NCBI GenBank assembly: GCA_904063045.1
Contig: CAJFCJ010000021.1
Coordinates: 682,001-746,000, forward strand
Source of the DNA: Dimorphilus gyrociliatus
Taxonomy: Eukaryota; Animalia; Annelida
Direction: 5' to 3'
Length of the DNA stretch: 64,000 bases
Below the pieces are notes generated by a model. The model did no database searches. It worked only from the letters and a program-made list of their open reading frames with translations, and was not told where the DNA came from. Each line of letters starts with the position of its first letter. Within the stretch, counting starts at the first letter, position 1. Shown in pieces: positions 1-11,425 of the stretch. The translations under genes were made by a program, and so were the position numbers.

Positions 1-270
1 TATCCAATTCTTTTTTTTGTTAACCGGGTCAAAATATTTCATAACGAGAATCAATAGGATTTTTTTAGTCCTATGTGAAATACATAGAGAGCAATTATAT
101 GCCAAAAAAAGCATTAGACTGGCTGTATCTCAACATTCGTTTCGGATCCTAAAGAGTTATCAGATAAGATAAGAATCCACACTTTATAAGTAGCAGACGC
201 CATTTTCTCTACCCATTTCTTTTTTAATTGTTGTCCGGTTTAGGAAAGAACTAAAAAAACTAACTTAATC

Positions 271-1614
271 ATGTCTTTCTCTGGTATGTGGAAATTGGTT
301 GAAAGCGATAAATTCGATGATTATATGAAGGCAATCGGTTTGTATTTTTTATATACAATTTGCTTTTTTTCGTTTATAAAGAAAGAGAAAAAAGCATCAT
401 TTTCTATTAGAAATCGACTAATCTTCGTTTTTGATCGATATAAGTACGTTTATATAAAGAATATATATATATATAAATTTATATATATGGAATATAAGTG
501 TCTATATTTGATTCAAGAGCTTAAATGGAGCAAACGCTGGTTGTATCCTATTGTAGGACTAAAACACTATAAAAGTATCTTATTACATGCTTTAAACAAT
601 TGTTAGCAAGCTATTTCTTTCCAAGTCTTATCGCTATTTATATCATTATCGCTGTTTTCGTAGTTGTAAACTCTCTTTTGAATGAAATTATAAAAGAGTA
701 TGATTAGGATCAATTAAAAAGAGATCTCTCAGATTACGGATACAAAATGTCCTTATAACTCATCTTAATTATCTTCCCCAGACAGCAAAAAGTAGTTGCA
801 TCCTGTGTAATAATTTTCTTTATCTAGCAGAAGTTAGATTACAGTGATATCGTATCCTCTTTATATTATAAATTTTTATCTGAAAGTACCGTATTTGTAA
901 AAGATTAACGACTATTCCCAACCTACTATGTACTTAAACCGTAATATTTATCAACATAATTAGTCATTATAATCTTTCATTGAACAATAGGCGTTGGCTT
1001 GGCACTCCGAACCATCGGTAACAAAACTAAGCCATCTCAAGAAATCATCATCGATGGAGATAACTACACCATCAAGACTATTTCTACTTTTAAAAATACC
1101 GAAATCAAGTTCACCCTCGGTACTGAATTCGATGAAAAGACCATCGATGGAAGAAACGTAAAAGTAAGTAGAAAACAATAAAATAAATGTTATAGGTGTG
1201 GTTCAGGAAATAACTATTTCTTCACTCTCTTTTTAGACTACTCCAACTAAAGATGGTAATAAGATCGTCTTACACCAAAAGGGTGATCCCGATTCAATCA
1301 TCACTAGAGAGTTGGTCGATGATAACACAATGAAAATGGTAAGCAATATGTCCTAAAAAAAAACAATAAAACCTTACTAAGAAAAAACAGAGCAAACATT
1401 CTGTTTACATGGATTTATCACAAAAAAACACATTTAACTTTACTATTGTTTAGTGACATTTAAACAAGATAAAGTCAACAAATAGTATTAGTTATCTTCT
1501 AATATAATAAAAATAGTTAAATAATAAAAACTATTAAAATTTATAATATATTTCAAATTTCAGGTTCTTACTTGCAAAGGTGTCGTTTGTACAAGAGTTT
1601 ACAAGAAAGAATAA
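271..1614 (+). CDS. FABP: Fatty acid-binding protein (iLBP/FABP family), 4 exons, 130 aa
   Basis: Exons 271-337, 991-1163, 1237-1338, 1564-1614, all GT-AG and in frame. Product: [130 protein letters not shown]. It has the GxWKLxxSxxFDxYMKAxG motif, the F-x-LG-x-EF-x-E-x-T-x-DGR motif and a C-terminal R-x-Y. Internal exons of 173 and 102 nt match the canonical FABP gene structure. AATAAA at 1654-1659. Confidence 0.97.
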
Positions 1615-1871
1615 GCACTTGGCTTTTGGTCTTAGTCTCTAGTTGCCTAGAAAAATAAAATGTTCTTACAATTTTTAATTGTCTTCTTTGCTTTATTTTA
1701 CTATTCGTTAGATGAAAATTTTCGCACTGCTTATACAGTATATACTATATATATATGTGCAGTATATATATATATTGTATAATATAAATGTTCAACAATT
1801 ATACGTACATAGTTTATTCCGGTCAAAAGATGTCAACTATTTTAGACCGACTACTACTAAGATTATTAATT

Positions 1872-3912
1872 TTAAATCGGTTGAAAAAGCTTTTTAAGAG
1901 ATTCCTTGTCGTCATTCACGGCGATTTGTAAAGCTACATCAAAATCTGGAACGTAAGCGGCTTGTTTAGCTTTCTCTTTCATTTCGACTTTAAAATCATT
2001 CGACTGAGATATAAAATATAAAAAAAAAATAATTAATTAACTATTTAAACATCTTAAGAGATCAACTTACAGCTTTTTTAAGTTTTTCATATCCTCTATT
2101 ATATTGTGAAGATATTAAATCCATTTCGTTTTGTATTCTTTCCAATTGTTCGCAAGTTTCTCGATTTTCCGTCTGGAAAAAAAAAAAGCATTAAATATGA
2201 ATATTTAATTACTTAGAAACACAAAAAATGCAACTGAAAACCTTTAATTTTTCACTTTCACATTTAATTTTTTTAATTTTATCTTCTTCCGTTGAACTCG
2301 CTGATAAATTATCACTCATCATCTTCCTAGCTTTACTTTTTACTTTCTCAACTTCTCTTTCTAATTTTATACAATTAGATTCCGATATCTCAAGTTTCTG
2401 TTTACTTTCGTTAAAAGATCTCTGATCATTCTCTAGACTTCTTCTCGCCTCGACGAGAGACGCTTCCACTTTTAATAATTTATCTTTTAGAGTTTCCTCA
2501 ATCTTTTGCTGATTTTCATAATTATCAACCTCCAAAGAAAGTTCATCAATAAGACTGCTACAATACTCAATTCTTTGCATTTGATTGCGAAGTTGTAGCT
2601 TGTCTTCCGTAAAACGAGTCTTTTCCTCTTTCTTCTCCTATTAAGCATGAAAACAAAGTAGAGTTCAACGAAAGGTCTACAAAGAATGAAAAATTCTCTA
2701 ATTGAGAATTCAAAACCTCAATGGTATGCTCCAATTTTCTCATTTCTTCTTCATGGTTTTTGACGTTAAAATTTTTAATACTTTGTAATTTTCTAGTCGA
2801 ATCTTTTGTTATATTAACCATTGTACTTTTAGATTTCTGTATAGGAAATAATGGTCAAGTTGAAATAGATACATATATATATTAAACGTATTGATTTCAA
2901 TTAATTAATTACGTTTTTACTGCCAATTTCTTCTACTTCTTTTTTCATGTTGAGTAAACGATTTTTTTCGTCGTTTTTCTCTTTCGTTAAAACTCTCTTC
3001 CTTGCAATCAGCTCTTCCAACTTTTGCTTTATCTAGATAAATCAAAAAACAGAATAGAAGAAATAGATACAATAATAATAATAATTTCATACTTCTCTTT
3101 GACGCACTAATCTTTCATGTTTTTCCGTTTTTAGCGTCTCCAACTCATCTCTTCTTTCAACTAATTTTTGTATTGTTCTCTCCTTTTCACCTCTCAATTC
3201 AACTTGCCTTTCCAGTATGTACGTAATGCTATTGTGTTGATGAGATTTGAACAGGTAATAGTTCAATAACGGACTGAGAATTCTGCATATCGTGGGACTA
3301 TCTATAATGGAGAAAGAGAGAGAGAAAGAGAAAAATTGTGATTTTCTTTCTTAAACAAAATTTATACTCAGGAATAAAAAATCATGAACGGTGAATTGAT
3401 CAACTTTACAAACTTCTAATGCAGTTCTCCTAAAATGATTAATTTAACAACTAAATTAGTAATATAGCTAAAAGTTTAAATTTTCATTCAAAAGAAAAAT
3501 GAATTACTTACAATATCTTATAAAACCATAGCCAATTCATCGTTCCTACATATAACTGTTCGTAAAATTCAATGTTTGTATAGTTAAGGGGTACCTATGG
3601 AAACAAAGAGTTTAAAAAATTGTACCAGTGTCGTTTACAATTTTTAGATATATACCGTATCGATGCAAGTATCGGAAACACCAAGAATATGTTTTATAAA
3701 AAATCTGAATACAGTTAGCCATTTTGTTCGCTTAAATAAAACGTAGATCATTAATATTTCTTAAATATTTTTTAAAGTTTGGAGAAAATACAAACATCCG
3801 GTTTCTCAAAATCGGCTATTTCTAGGCGAAATTCCGTAAAAGTTTTATTACAAGTATTCACTAGATACTTGGGAGATTTTGTCGGACATTGATAAGTCGT
3901 TACATTAGCCAT
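1872..3912 (-). CDS. NUF2: Kinetochore protein Nuf2 homolog (NDC80 complex), 10 exons, ~471 aa, divergent
   Basis: Minus-strand exons 3912-3796, 3730-3656, 3594-3512, 3429-3368, 3301-3093, 3032-2913, 2836-2717, 2637-2242, 2172-2071, 2003-1872. All are GT-AG with consistent phase; the 2717 donor was chosen over an alternative 36 nt downstream. The N-terminal segment LRTALEVCKVDQFTVHDFLFLNSPTICRILSPLLNYYLFK aligns with the Nuf2 CH-domain segment (human, from memory: [40 protein letters not shown]). It is followed by ~300 aa of E/K-rich coiled coil, and the total length is close to known Nuf2 proteins. Confidence 0.82.
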
Positions 3913-4365
3913 TATTCAACTTAAAGTACGAAAAAAACGGTCAACACGAACTATAGAGCTTATTTATTCCCGCTCGACGCCATTTTGAAATTTTTTTATT
4001 TAACCGTCACCTTCGTAATTTTTTATTTAACTGATAATTATAATATTAAATAATAATTTAAAAAATAACAAATTTAATGATTTGAATTTTTCATAAGAAA
4101 ATTTTTAATTTTTAATGAGAACCATTTTGTAGACTTCCACCACAATTGTGTGTGATAGTCTGTCGATTTAAACTCTTCCTGAAACGACTCTACTCTCTTT
4201 TAAAAAATCTTATAAAAATTTCAAGTTGTTTATAAAAATGGATGAAACTTGGCGTGTTAATTTTGAAGAGATCAACTAAGAGATAGTATCAAATCGTAAA
4301 CGCCATTGTTTCAGAAGAAGAGAAAGAAATTTCTAGTTAATTAATTCTTTAAATAGAGAGCAATA
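3913..4365. promoter_or_regulatory. Compact bidirectional promoter between NUF2 (-) and USP3 (+)
   Basis: The two start codons (3912 minus, 4366 plus) are 453 bp apart, head-to-head. YY1-like CGCCATTTT at 3978-3986 and CGCCATTGT at 4301-4309. Confidence 0.7.
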
Positions 4366-7289
4366 ATGGATTGTCCTCATGTTGGTGGAATGGTGAAAAT
4401 TGCTTCGCCACCGTCTAGACTTGATGGAGATCCTAATACTTGGAAATGTGAAGGTATATATATATTATTCAATTATTTGGTCACGTGATTTTTTCGAATT
4501 TATAAGTTACTATTGATAATTAGAACACGTGTTAGATGACCATACCCAGCGTTTGAAGTTGTAGATTGATTTAAAAGGATTATTTATAGGGCAAAAATGA
4601 GGTTACATTAGAAAAATAAGCCTTAAAGAAAGTTTATTGAATTTTATTTATCTTATCTATCTACTTTAAAGGGATTAAAGTAAAAATTGAATTATATTTT
4701 TAAGGAAAAAAAGACTGATCTTGTTAAAAAAGGTTGTTAGAGTTTTAACAGTTTAAGTCAAAGAGAAGAGGTGAAAGGTACGCTTTAAGGATTTAACAGT
4801 TTAAAAAAAAAAGCCTAGAGGGTAATGTAAATATCTTGAAAGAACTTTCAAAACTTTTTACCTAAATATAAAAGGTAAAACAATTTAACGACATAGTTTC
4901 ACTTATTTTCTACATTCTTTCTTTTGATCGTATTGTTTGATAAAGCGATTATTATGTATATTTTATATTTTTACTCATACTCTATACACTTGCTACAGGT
5001 TGTGATAAGGACGTATACACATCCCTTTGCTTGTGTCTAACTTGTGGAAAGCTAAATTGTGGACGATATGATAAAGGACACGCCGAAGAACACTTTAAGA
5101 AAAGCTCAAGCGAAGTAACATGCGCTCATTGTATTTGTATGAACGTTTTGGATACGAGCGTTCATTGGTTAGTTTTCTTAAATAGATTTTAGATGTATGA
5201 TGGAATTCTTTTCTCACTTATTTTAGCTATATATGCAATACTTTTATCTATACCGACACACATTCTCACCACGTTGAAAGACTAAGGAGAAAATTGCTCA
5301 AGCTAAAAACAACTGAAGAAGAGAATTCAAAAGAAAATATTGGAGTATGTTGCAAAAGGAAGATAGCTGTAACCCATAATGAACCAGTTAAGAAACCAAG
5401 ATCCAATCAGTTATGTCCACTTAGACGAGCTGGTTTAAAGAACTTAGGAAATACTTGTTTCATGAATTCTGTTTTGCAATGCTTGAATAATTTGATTTTT
5501 TCGTCATTTATCCAATCTCTACCTGATATTCAGGTAGTTAAAGCAATGAGATTGACAAGAAGTAAAAAATCTTCGGATTGTATAGGAGACGAGTAAGAAT
5601 TTTCTTATTTTTTCTTTCACACCTTTCCTCCCATCTCTCTTATTGTTTCTCTTTCACACTACTATCATTAATAAAATGCGTAGGTAGGAGTAACTAGGTC
5701 GTTGAACTTCAATGGCTTTTATTATATCCTCTGTGAAGTGTATCAACTAAAGCCAATTTATAAATATCACAAGAATAATAATAGATTTTTATGTTCAGTA
5801 CGTAAATTTATATTTCATGACTTATAGTATTGTGATTCATTGTCATCTTGGCGTATAAATTTTTCAACCTATAAAAAGACATGTCTGCATTTCGCCTTGC
5901 CTTTTTTTCTCCCTACCAATTCCCTGAAAAGAAGGAACTTGAACATTTTTGTCGAATATTTTTATCAGCAGCGTTTCATTTAAATTTATTGGCTTAGTGG
6001 CAAAGGGAATTTGTCCTTGTTCTAAGACGCTCTCTGTCTCATCATGCTTATTTTTATTTATTTTTCACCTAATATGCTAATATCTTGTAATGCATTTATT
6101 GATTTTATACAGATTGCTAACAGACAAATTGAAGAAGGTTTTATCTGAAATGGATGTTAAGGGTAAAAGGACGACAGTTCACACTCAAGAATTACTTTCA
6201 ACAGTTTGGAGAGTTGTTCCCAGATTTTGTGGCTATCAACAGCAAGATGCTCATGAATTTATGCGATATCTTTTAGATAGAATACGAGGAGAACTCCAAA
6301 CATACGAAGTAATATAAATATATATTCATACATATATAGATATATATATATATATATTTTTTTTTTTCATAAATAGATAGGAAAGCAGAATGGTGTCAGT
6401 AGCAGCTCTAGAAATATTGTTGATGATGTTTTCGGTGGTTTATTGCAGAGTAAAGTAAAATGCTTGAATTGTTGTAGTTTATCAAATAAATTTGATCCAA
6501 TGTTAGGTATGTATATATAGTTTAATTATTTATGGTAATTTTATGCGTGTATGTGAATAAACATATTGATTTTTAGACATATCTGTCGATATACCGTTCA
6601 ACGACGACGATACTTGCGATTTAAAAGGTTTGTAATTGCTTTCTATTGCAATATGTATTTATATATACAGTAATATATATATATATTTATTTATTAATAT
6701 TGTTAACTGAACTGTTAATTTACTTTTTTTAGACTGTCTCAGACATTTCACGGAAAATGAACTTTTAAGCGAAAATGATCAGTATTACTGCGAAAAGTGT
6801 AAAAGTAAGCAACCCTCGACAAAGAAACTTTCAATTCGAAGATTACCTAACGTAAGTTTCTAAACAATCGACTTTAGAAGACAAGAAAAGTCGTTTCCCT
6901 ACATTTGACTAAATTAAATATCATTTAATCTCTTTTAGGTACTATGTATCCACTTAAAACGCTTTCGAGTTAACGCTAATCAGAGGTTGAAGATTTCTAA
7001 GCATGTTTCTTTTCCGCTTCAAGAATTAGATATGTCCGAACTGGGCTTAGAAGAAGACACTAGAGCTACTAGATCTCAACAGTGTGGTGGTACTGTCTAT
7101 GACCTTGCAGGTTTAATAGTTCATCATGGCAAGAGTGTGTCTGGAGGTCATTATACAGCTTATGTTGTTGAAGATGATCATTGGTTACATTGTAACGACG
7201 CCCAAGTAACGTGCTCTGATGAAGAAACCGTCAAAAAAAGTCAAGCTTACGTATTATTTTATTCCAAGACGAAAATAGGGTCGAAATGA
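4366..7289 (+). CDS. USP3: Ubiquitin carboxyl-terminal hydrolase, USP3-like (ZnF-UBP + USP catalytic domain), 8 exons, 489 aa
   Basis: Exons 4366-4453, 4999-5167, 5227-5592, 6113-6308, 6377-6506, 6577-6627, 6733-6851, 6939-7289 (1470 nt, in frame). Starts MDCPHV (USP3 MECPHL). ZnF-UBP: CLCLTCGKLNCGRYDKGHAEEHF...CYIC. Cys box GLKNLGNTCFMNSVLQCL; GYQQQDAHEFMRYLLD; VLCIHLKRF; His box YDLAGLIVHHGKSVSGGHYTAY...WLHCND. Confidence 0.9.
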
Positions 7290-7468
7290 ACGTCAAATAT
7301 GATTTAAAACAAATAATATTAATTTTTTTTGTTATGTCTAATTGCTCAATGTCTTCAGTAATTTTTAGTCACTGCATTCTTTAACCAGAATCTATATCAT
7401 TATTGTTTTCTCGTATGTTATTGTGTGGTACAATATATATGATAGAAATATAAGAAAATGTCCGTAAA

Positions 7469-7499
<31 letters not shown>

Positions 7500-9124
7500 C
7501 AATATATGTATGTGCCTTAGTGAAAAGAGAAAAACAGAAAGTGTATTTGTAGTAAAGAAATTAGTGTCTTTGTTTTTAAACAAAGTTTAATGAATAATTA
7601 AAAAGAAAAAAAGGAAATAAACAAATATATATATATATTATTTGATAAAAAAGATAAAACAACGTATATGCACTAATTCTTATCTTAAAAGAAAGAAACG
7701 GAATTGAATCATTTTGAATAAGTTAGTAATGCGAAGGAAATAGTCAATTTTGCGGTTGTTTGAAATGTTTAAGCCTCTTTCGATCATACCCAGTATTATA
7801 ATCATATAAAAAACAGTATATACAGTTTATACAACTGAAGGTAAATTGTTTCGCTTCATTAGAAAAACGTTACTAATTGAATTTTTCGAGGAAATTCTCT
7901 TACACGATATTAATAGATTAGAAATTCTTACTAATCAAAAGGTTTTTGTTCTGACCCTATTATTATTAAAAATTTTTTTACATCTTTTAATGAGGAGCGC
8001 ACTTGTCTTCTATTTAGGTCTTTTTTATTCTATCATTAACTGCCAATTATTAAGCTTCCCTAAAGTAATAATTATCGAATACGTTGAGAATATACTGTAT
8101 ATTTTTTTAGGGCAATGTCAATTTCTTCTTGTGGAGAATGTACATTGTTTCCTAAAGTTCTATTTTCTTCTCTATTTTGTTTTTACCTTTTCTTTTTAAT
8201 TAAATGCTTATTAATAGATTAATTAATTAGTTCAGTTTTGCTGTATATGCTCATCATGTCTTTGTTAATTATTTGTGACAAAATAAATCATTTTATTCAA
8301 AATATTCTTATTAATACATAAAATACAAAACCATTGATCATTTATTCTAAATACGGTATTGCATTCGAAATTCGTAGGACGAATAGGGAGTTGGAGAGGG
8401 AGAGGCGGAAAGGGAATTGAGGCAGAGATTGAAGTAAATTAAGGACGTATACACTAATCTATAAGATCCTATCTTTATAAAAATTAATTATTAGTGGAAC
8501 AATGAAAAAAAAACCTATGTAGACCTATACGGCGTATTTAATTTCTATTATTAAGCCTACAATAATTCTCCGTTATCAAAGAAAAACACTGGAAGGCGGA
8601 AGGGGGTAAGAGAAGAATGAAAGTGTGAGAAGCGATTAAGAGATTTTCTCGTAGTTTATCAAAAAATGTTGCGTAACATTATGTTCCTATTCGACGAGTG
8701 AATGAACACTTTTCTGGGATTAATAGATTCTTTTTTTACAGCTAAATAAACTAACAGATTACATTTCATTTACTACAAATATAGTACTCAGTCGTACGAT
8801 ATTTCTTAGAAATTTCATTCAGGGATGTGATATTCAATATTAATAATTTATTTTTTTAGCTTCATATCAAAAAGTGGGTCGCTTAAAAATTACTTAATTA
8901 ATAAATGCACATTCCTGAAAGTTATGCATAGAATTTAGTAAAATTTCTCATAAAGGGAGATTATTATTAGAAACTTTTAAAATTGATGACTGATGTTGAT
9001 TAGGCTAAAATGATTATGAATGTAATTAGTGCTGACTACTAATTATTGAGTTAACTTCTTTATAGAACAAATTGTAGGATTACACCTATGAATGTTAATT
9101 ACTTTTAGATTGTTATAGTTTAGG

Positions 9125-9351
9125 ATGGTTGTCTTCGATACGTTGTATCAGCAGGTGGCGAGATCAAGCTATTCTGAGAAGGACTTGAATATTCCTTCAA
9201 AGGAAACACTGAATTATAGGAGTAAGTGAATGGGAAGAATGTATCTAAATAAAGAAAAAAGTTGTAAAATTTGTTAGAACAAACATATCTTTTCCATAAT
9301 CTGAACAAGTGTTTATTGAATGCAAAGGAAGCTTGTCAGCCTAACTGGTAA
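9125..9351 (+). CDS. Candidate spliced small ORF (56 aa) upstream of secreted gene A; unknown product
   Basis: ATG at 9125 follows an AG acceptor (9122-9123). Exon to 9221, 56-nt intron GTAAGT...TTGTTAG (9222-9277), second exon 9278-9351 in matching phase. Product: MVVFDTLYQQVARSSYSEKDLNIPSKETLNYRKQTYLFHNLNKCLLNAKEACQPNW. No family recognised. Confidence 0.3.
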
Positions 9352-9688
9352 GATGAGTTTTTATCAGCTGGTTCAATGCTTCCTTTGAAAGAAGAGTGAA
9401 TGTCTTTGGAGACATCTCCAACATGGGATTGTCTTACGACTTAAACCTATATAAATTCATCCTTTATCTTCTGAGAAGTTGAACTTTTTCAATTCAACAG
9501 ACTGAAATTTATGCTATTCAAACGAAATGAACTTCGGCGGAAAGGATTTATTACTTCGGCAAAAACTTCCTCCACATCAATTTTCTTCCTTATAATTTTA
9601 ATATAAAATCCTGAGATTTGTTCAGTAAGTTATCCAAAAACTTTCCAAAGTTTATCAATAAAACAAAAACAATTTGAAAACAATTAAA

Positions 9689-10363
9689 ATGATGACTTTT
9701 AAAGTTTGTCTTGTTGTACTTTTGCAGGCTGCATTTACTGATTTGGTTTTGGGAGTAACTACAATAATTGATGTTCAACAATCTTTATCCGTGGCCAGAG
9801 ATGAAGCTAGCGAACTTTTCACTGAATCTGTTGAACAATTTTATCCTGTCCATGCTAATTGTTTTGGTGGAGTAGGAAATGACGAATTTGAAAAATGTGC
9901 CCACTGGGCTGATGGACTTTCCGTATCGCTCTCAGCACCTGAACCTTATCTTTACCTTGGTGGACCAGGTAGTAACAGCGATCTTGCAGTAATTAGAGAT
10001 GTCCTGCAAACATATAAACTTCTCTTTGAACAAATACAAGCCGAACAAGACCGCGAATTCTTTTGGCCATGCACTAGACAGACTTCAAGCCCTTGCAGTT
10101 ACGTTTGCGATTACAAGAGATTGGATTATTTGGACTATTGTTGTTATATTTACAGCGATATTCTTCCTGCAGTTGATAGCGCTGTACTCGATATTCAAAA
10201 TTACTTGGGACAAGCAGCAAATGTAACTTACGAGCTAACCGAAATCGGCCTTACCTCTACCGATTCTGATATTAGGGAATTTCAACTTTTAAGCTCTTTT
10301 ATCCTAAAAAAGCATTTGGAACATGGAATATTGTATGCCCAAAACTACCAACCACCAGTTTAA
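9689..10363 (+). CDS. Intronless predicted secreted protein A, 224 aa; putative long-chain four-helix cytokine (IL-6/G-CSF/Unpaired-like)
   Basis: 675-nt ORF from ATG 9689 (the ORF track starts at an upstream TTG). Hydrophobic N-terminus MMTFKVCLVVLLQAAFTDLVLG is signal-peptide-like. Amphipathic helical segments at aa ~25-52, 97-120 (DLAVIRDVLQTYKLLFEQIQAEQ), 146-173 and 196-220. Cys at 58, 70, 128, 136, 140, 151, 152; N-glycosylation sequon N178-V-T. TATAAAA at 9602 and AATAAA near 10408. The ORF is well supported; the cytokine label is inference. Confidence 0.85.
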   Translation: MMTFKVCLVVLLQAAFTDLVLGVTTIIDVQQSLSVARDEASELFTESVEQFYPVHANCFGGVGNDEFEKCAHWADGLSVSLSAPEPYLYLGGPGSNSDLAVIRDVLQTYKLLFEQIQAEQDREFFWPCTRQTSSPCSYVCDYKRLDYLDYCCYIYSDILPAVDSAVLDIQNYLGQAANVTYELTEIGLTSTDSDIREFQLLSSFILKKHLEHGILYAQNYQPPV

Positions 10364-10779
10364 ATCTTAATATAAATAGTAAATATATATTAGGATGAAT
10401 GAAATGGAATAAAAAGAATGAATGGATTAATTTTAAAAGAACTTGCCGATAAATAAGAATTGCATGTTTGTAAAAGTATGAATCTTTAGTAATTAGTTAA
10501 GATATAACATCTAAAAGTAAAAAGAAATGAACTTGTATTGAATAAATATGTTCCTCTTTTGCCTTTAAAGGAAAGAAATATAAATCAACTGGTACATCTA
10601 TGCAAAACAAATGTATTATTATATGCTTTTGTTCCAAATATGCAAACTCATTTATTTTCAAAATTCTTTATTATCATATTCAAAAAGTAATAAAATGCAT
10701 TTAAAAACAAAACACAAAAGTCTTTTTTAGTTCTTTTTATTATAAATGAAGAGAGTTTTTAGGTATACAATTTAAAGAG

Positions 10780-10997
10780 ATAGAGAGTGAGAGAGAGAGA
10801 GGGAGGGAGGGAGAGGGAGAGATGAAGAAGGAAAGCCAAGTTGGTGTGAAAGACAGAATGAAAGAAAACTAAAGAAGAGGTAAGGATTTACTTATCTCTT
10901 GAAAGAAAAAGAAACAAGTATAAAGATTGCTTATCTTCAATTCTTTATCAATTACTCAGACAGAAAGACAGACACCAAGAAAGAAAGAAAGAAAGGG

Positions 10998-11028
<31 letters not shown>

Positions 11029-11040
11029 GGATGAAAAGGA
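10780..11040. repeat. Purine-rich GA/GAAA low-complexity tracts between the convergent secreted genes
   Basis: GAGAGAGAGAGGGAGGGAGGGAG and AAAGAAAGAAAGGGAGAGAGAAAGAGAGAG runs are directly visible. Confidence 0.8.
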
Positions 11041-11425
11041 CTTATAATTTTAATAGCTTAACTTCCTAACTCGCTATTCAAGCTCTCCTTCAATAAATAT
11101 GTAAATACATATATGTATATAAAAGCTACATAGACATTGTCTCCTTAAACTTATGAAAGATTGATAAAAGGGAAAAAAAGGCTAAAACAGTAGACAATAT
11201 AGATTCAATACTTTTCTGTATTGTAAAATATTCAAACTAATAAACAAACACGTTAAAAATTACACTCTGAACACTTTTAGGTGAAGAACACAAGAGATTA
11301 TTTGAATATTAGCAATATTAATAATAATGTTAATCATAAAGAAAAAGGTTATAGTGATATGATAATAGTATTTTTTCTTTTCTTTTTTCCTTTCTTTTTC
11401 GTTATTTTCTTTGCTTTTTCCTTTC

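Noticed and set aside
2209-2580. Coiled-coil ORF ending KLKVFSCIFC, first suggestive of a BRE1/RNF20 RING ligase C-terminus
   Set aside because: VFSCIFC is read-through into an intron (donor at 2241). The upstream exons encode a Nuf2 CH domain and no RING follows.
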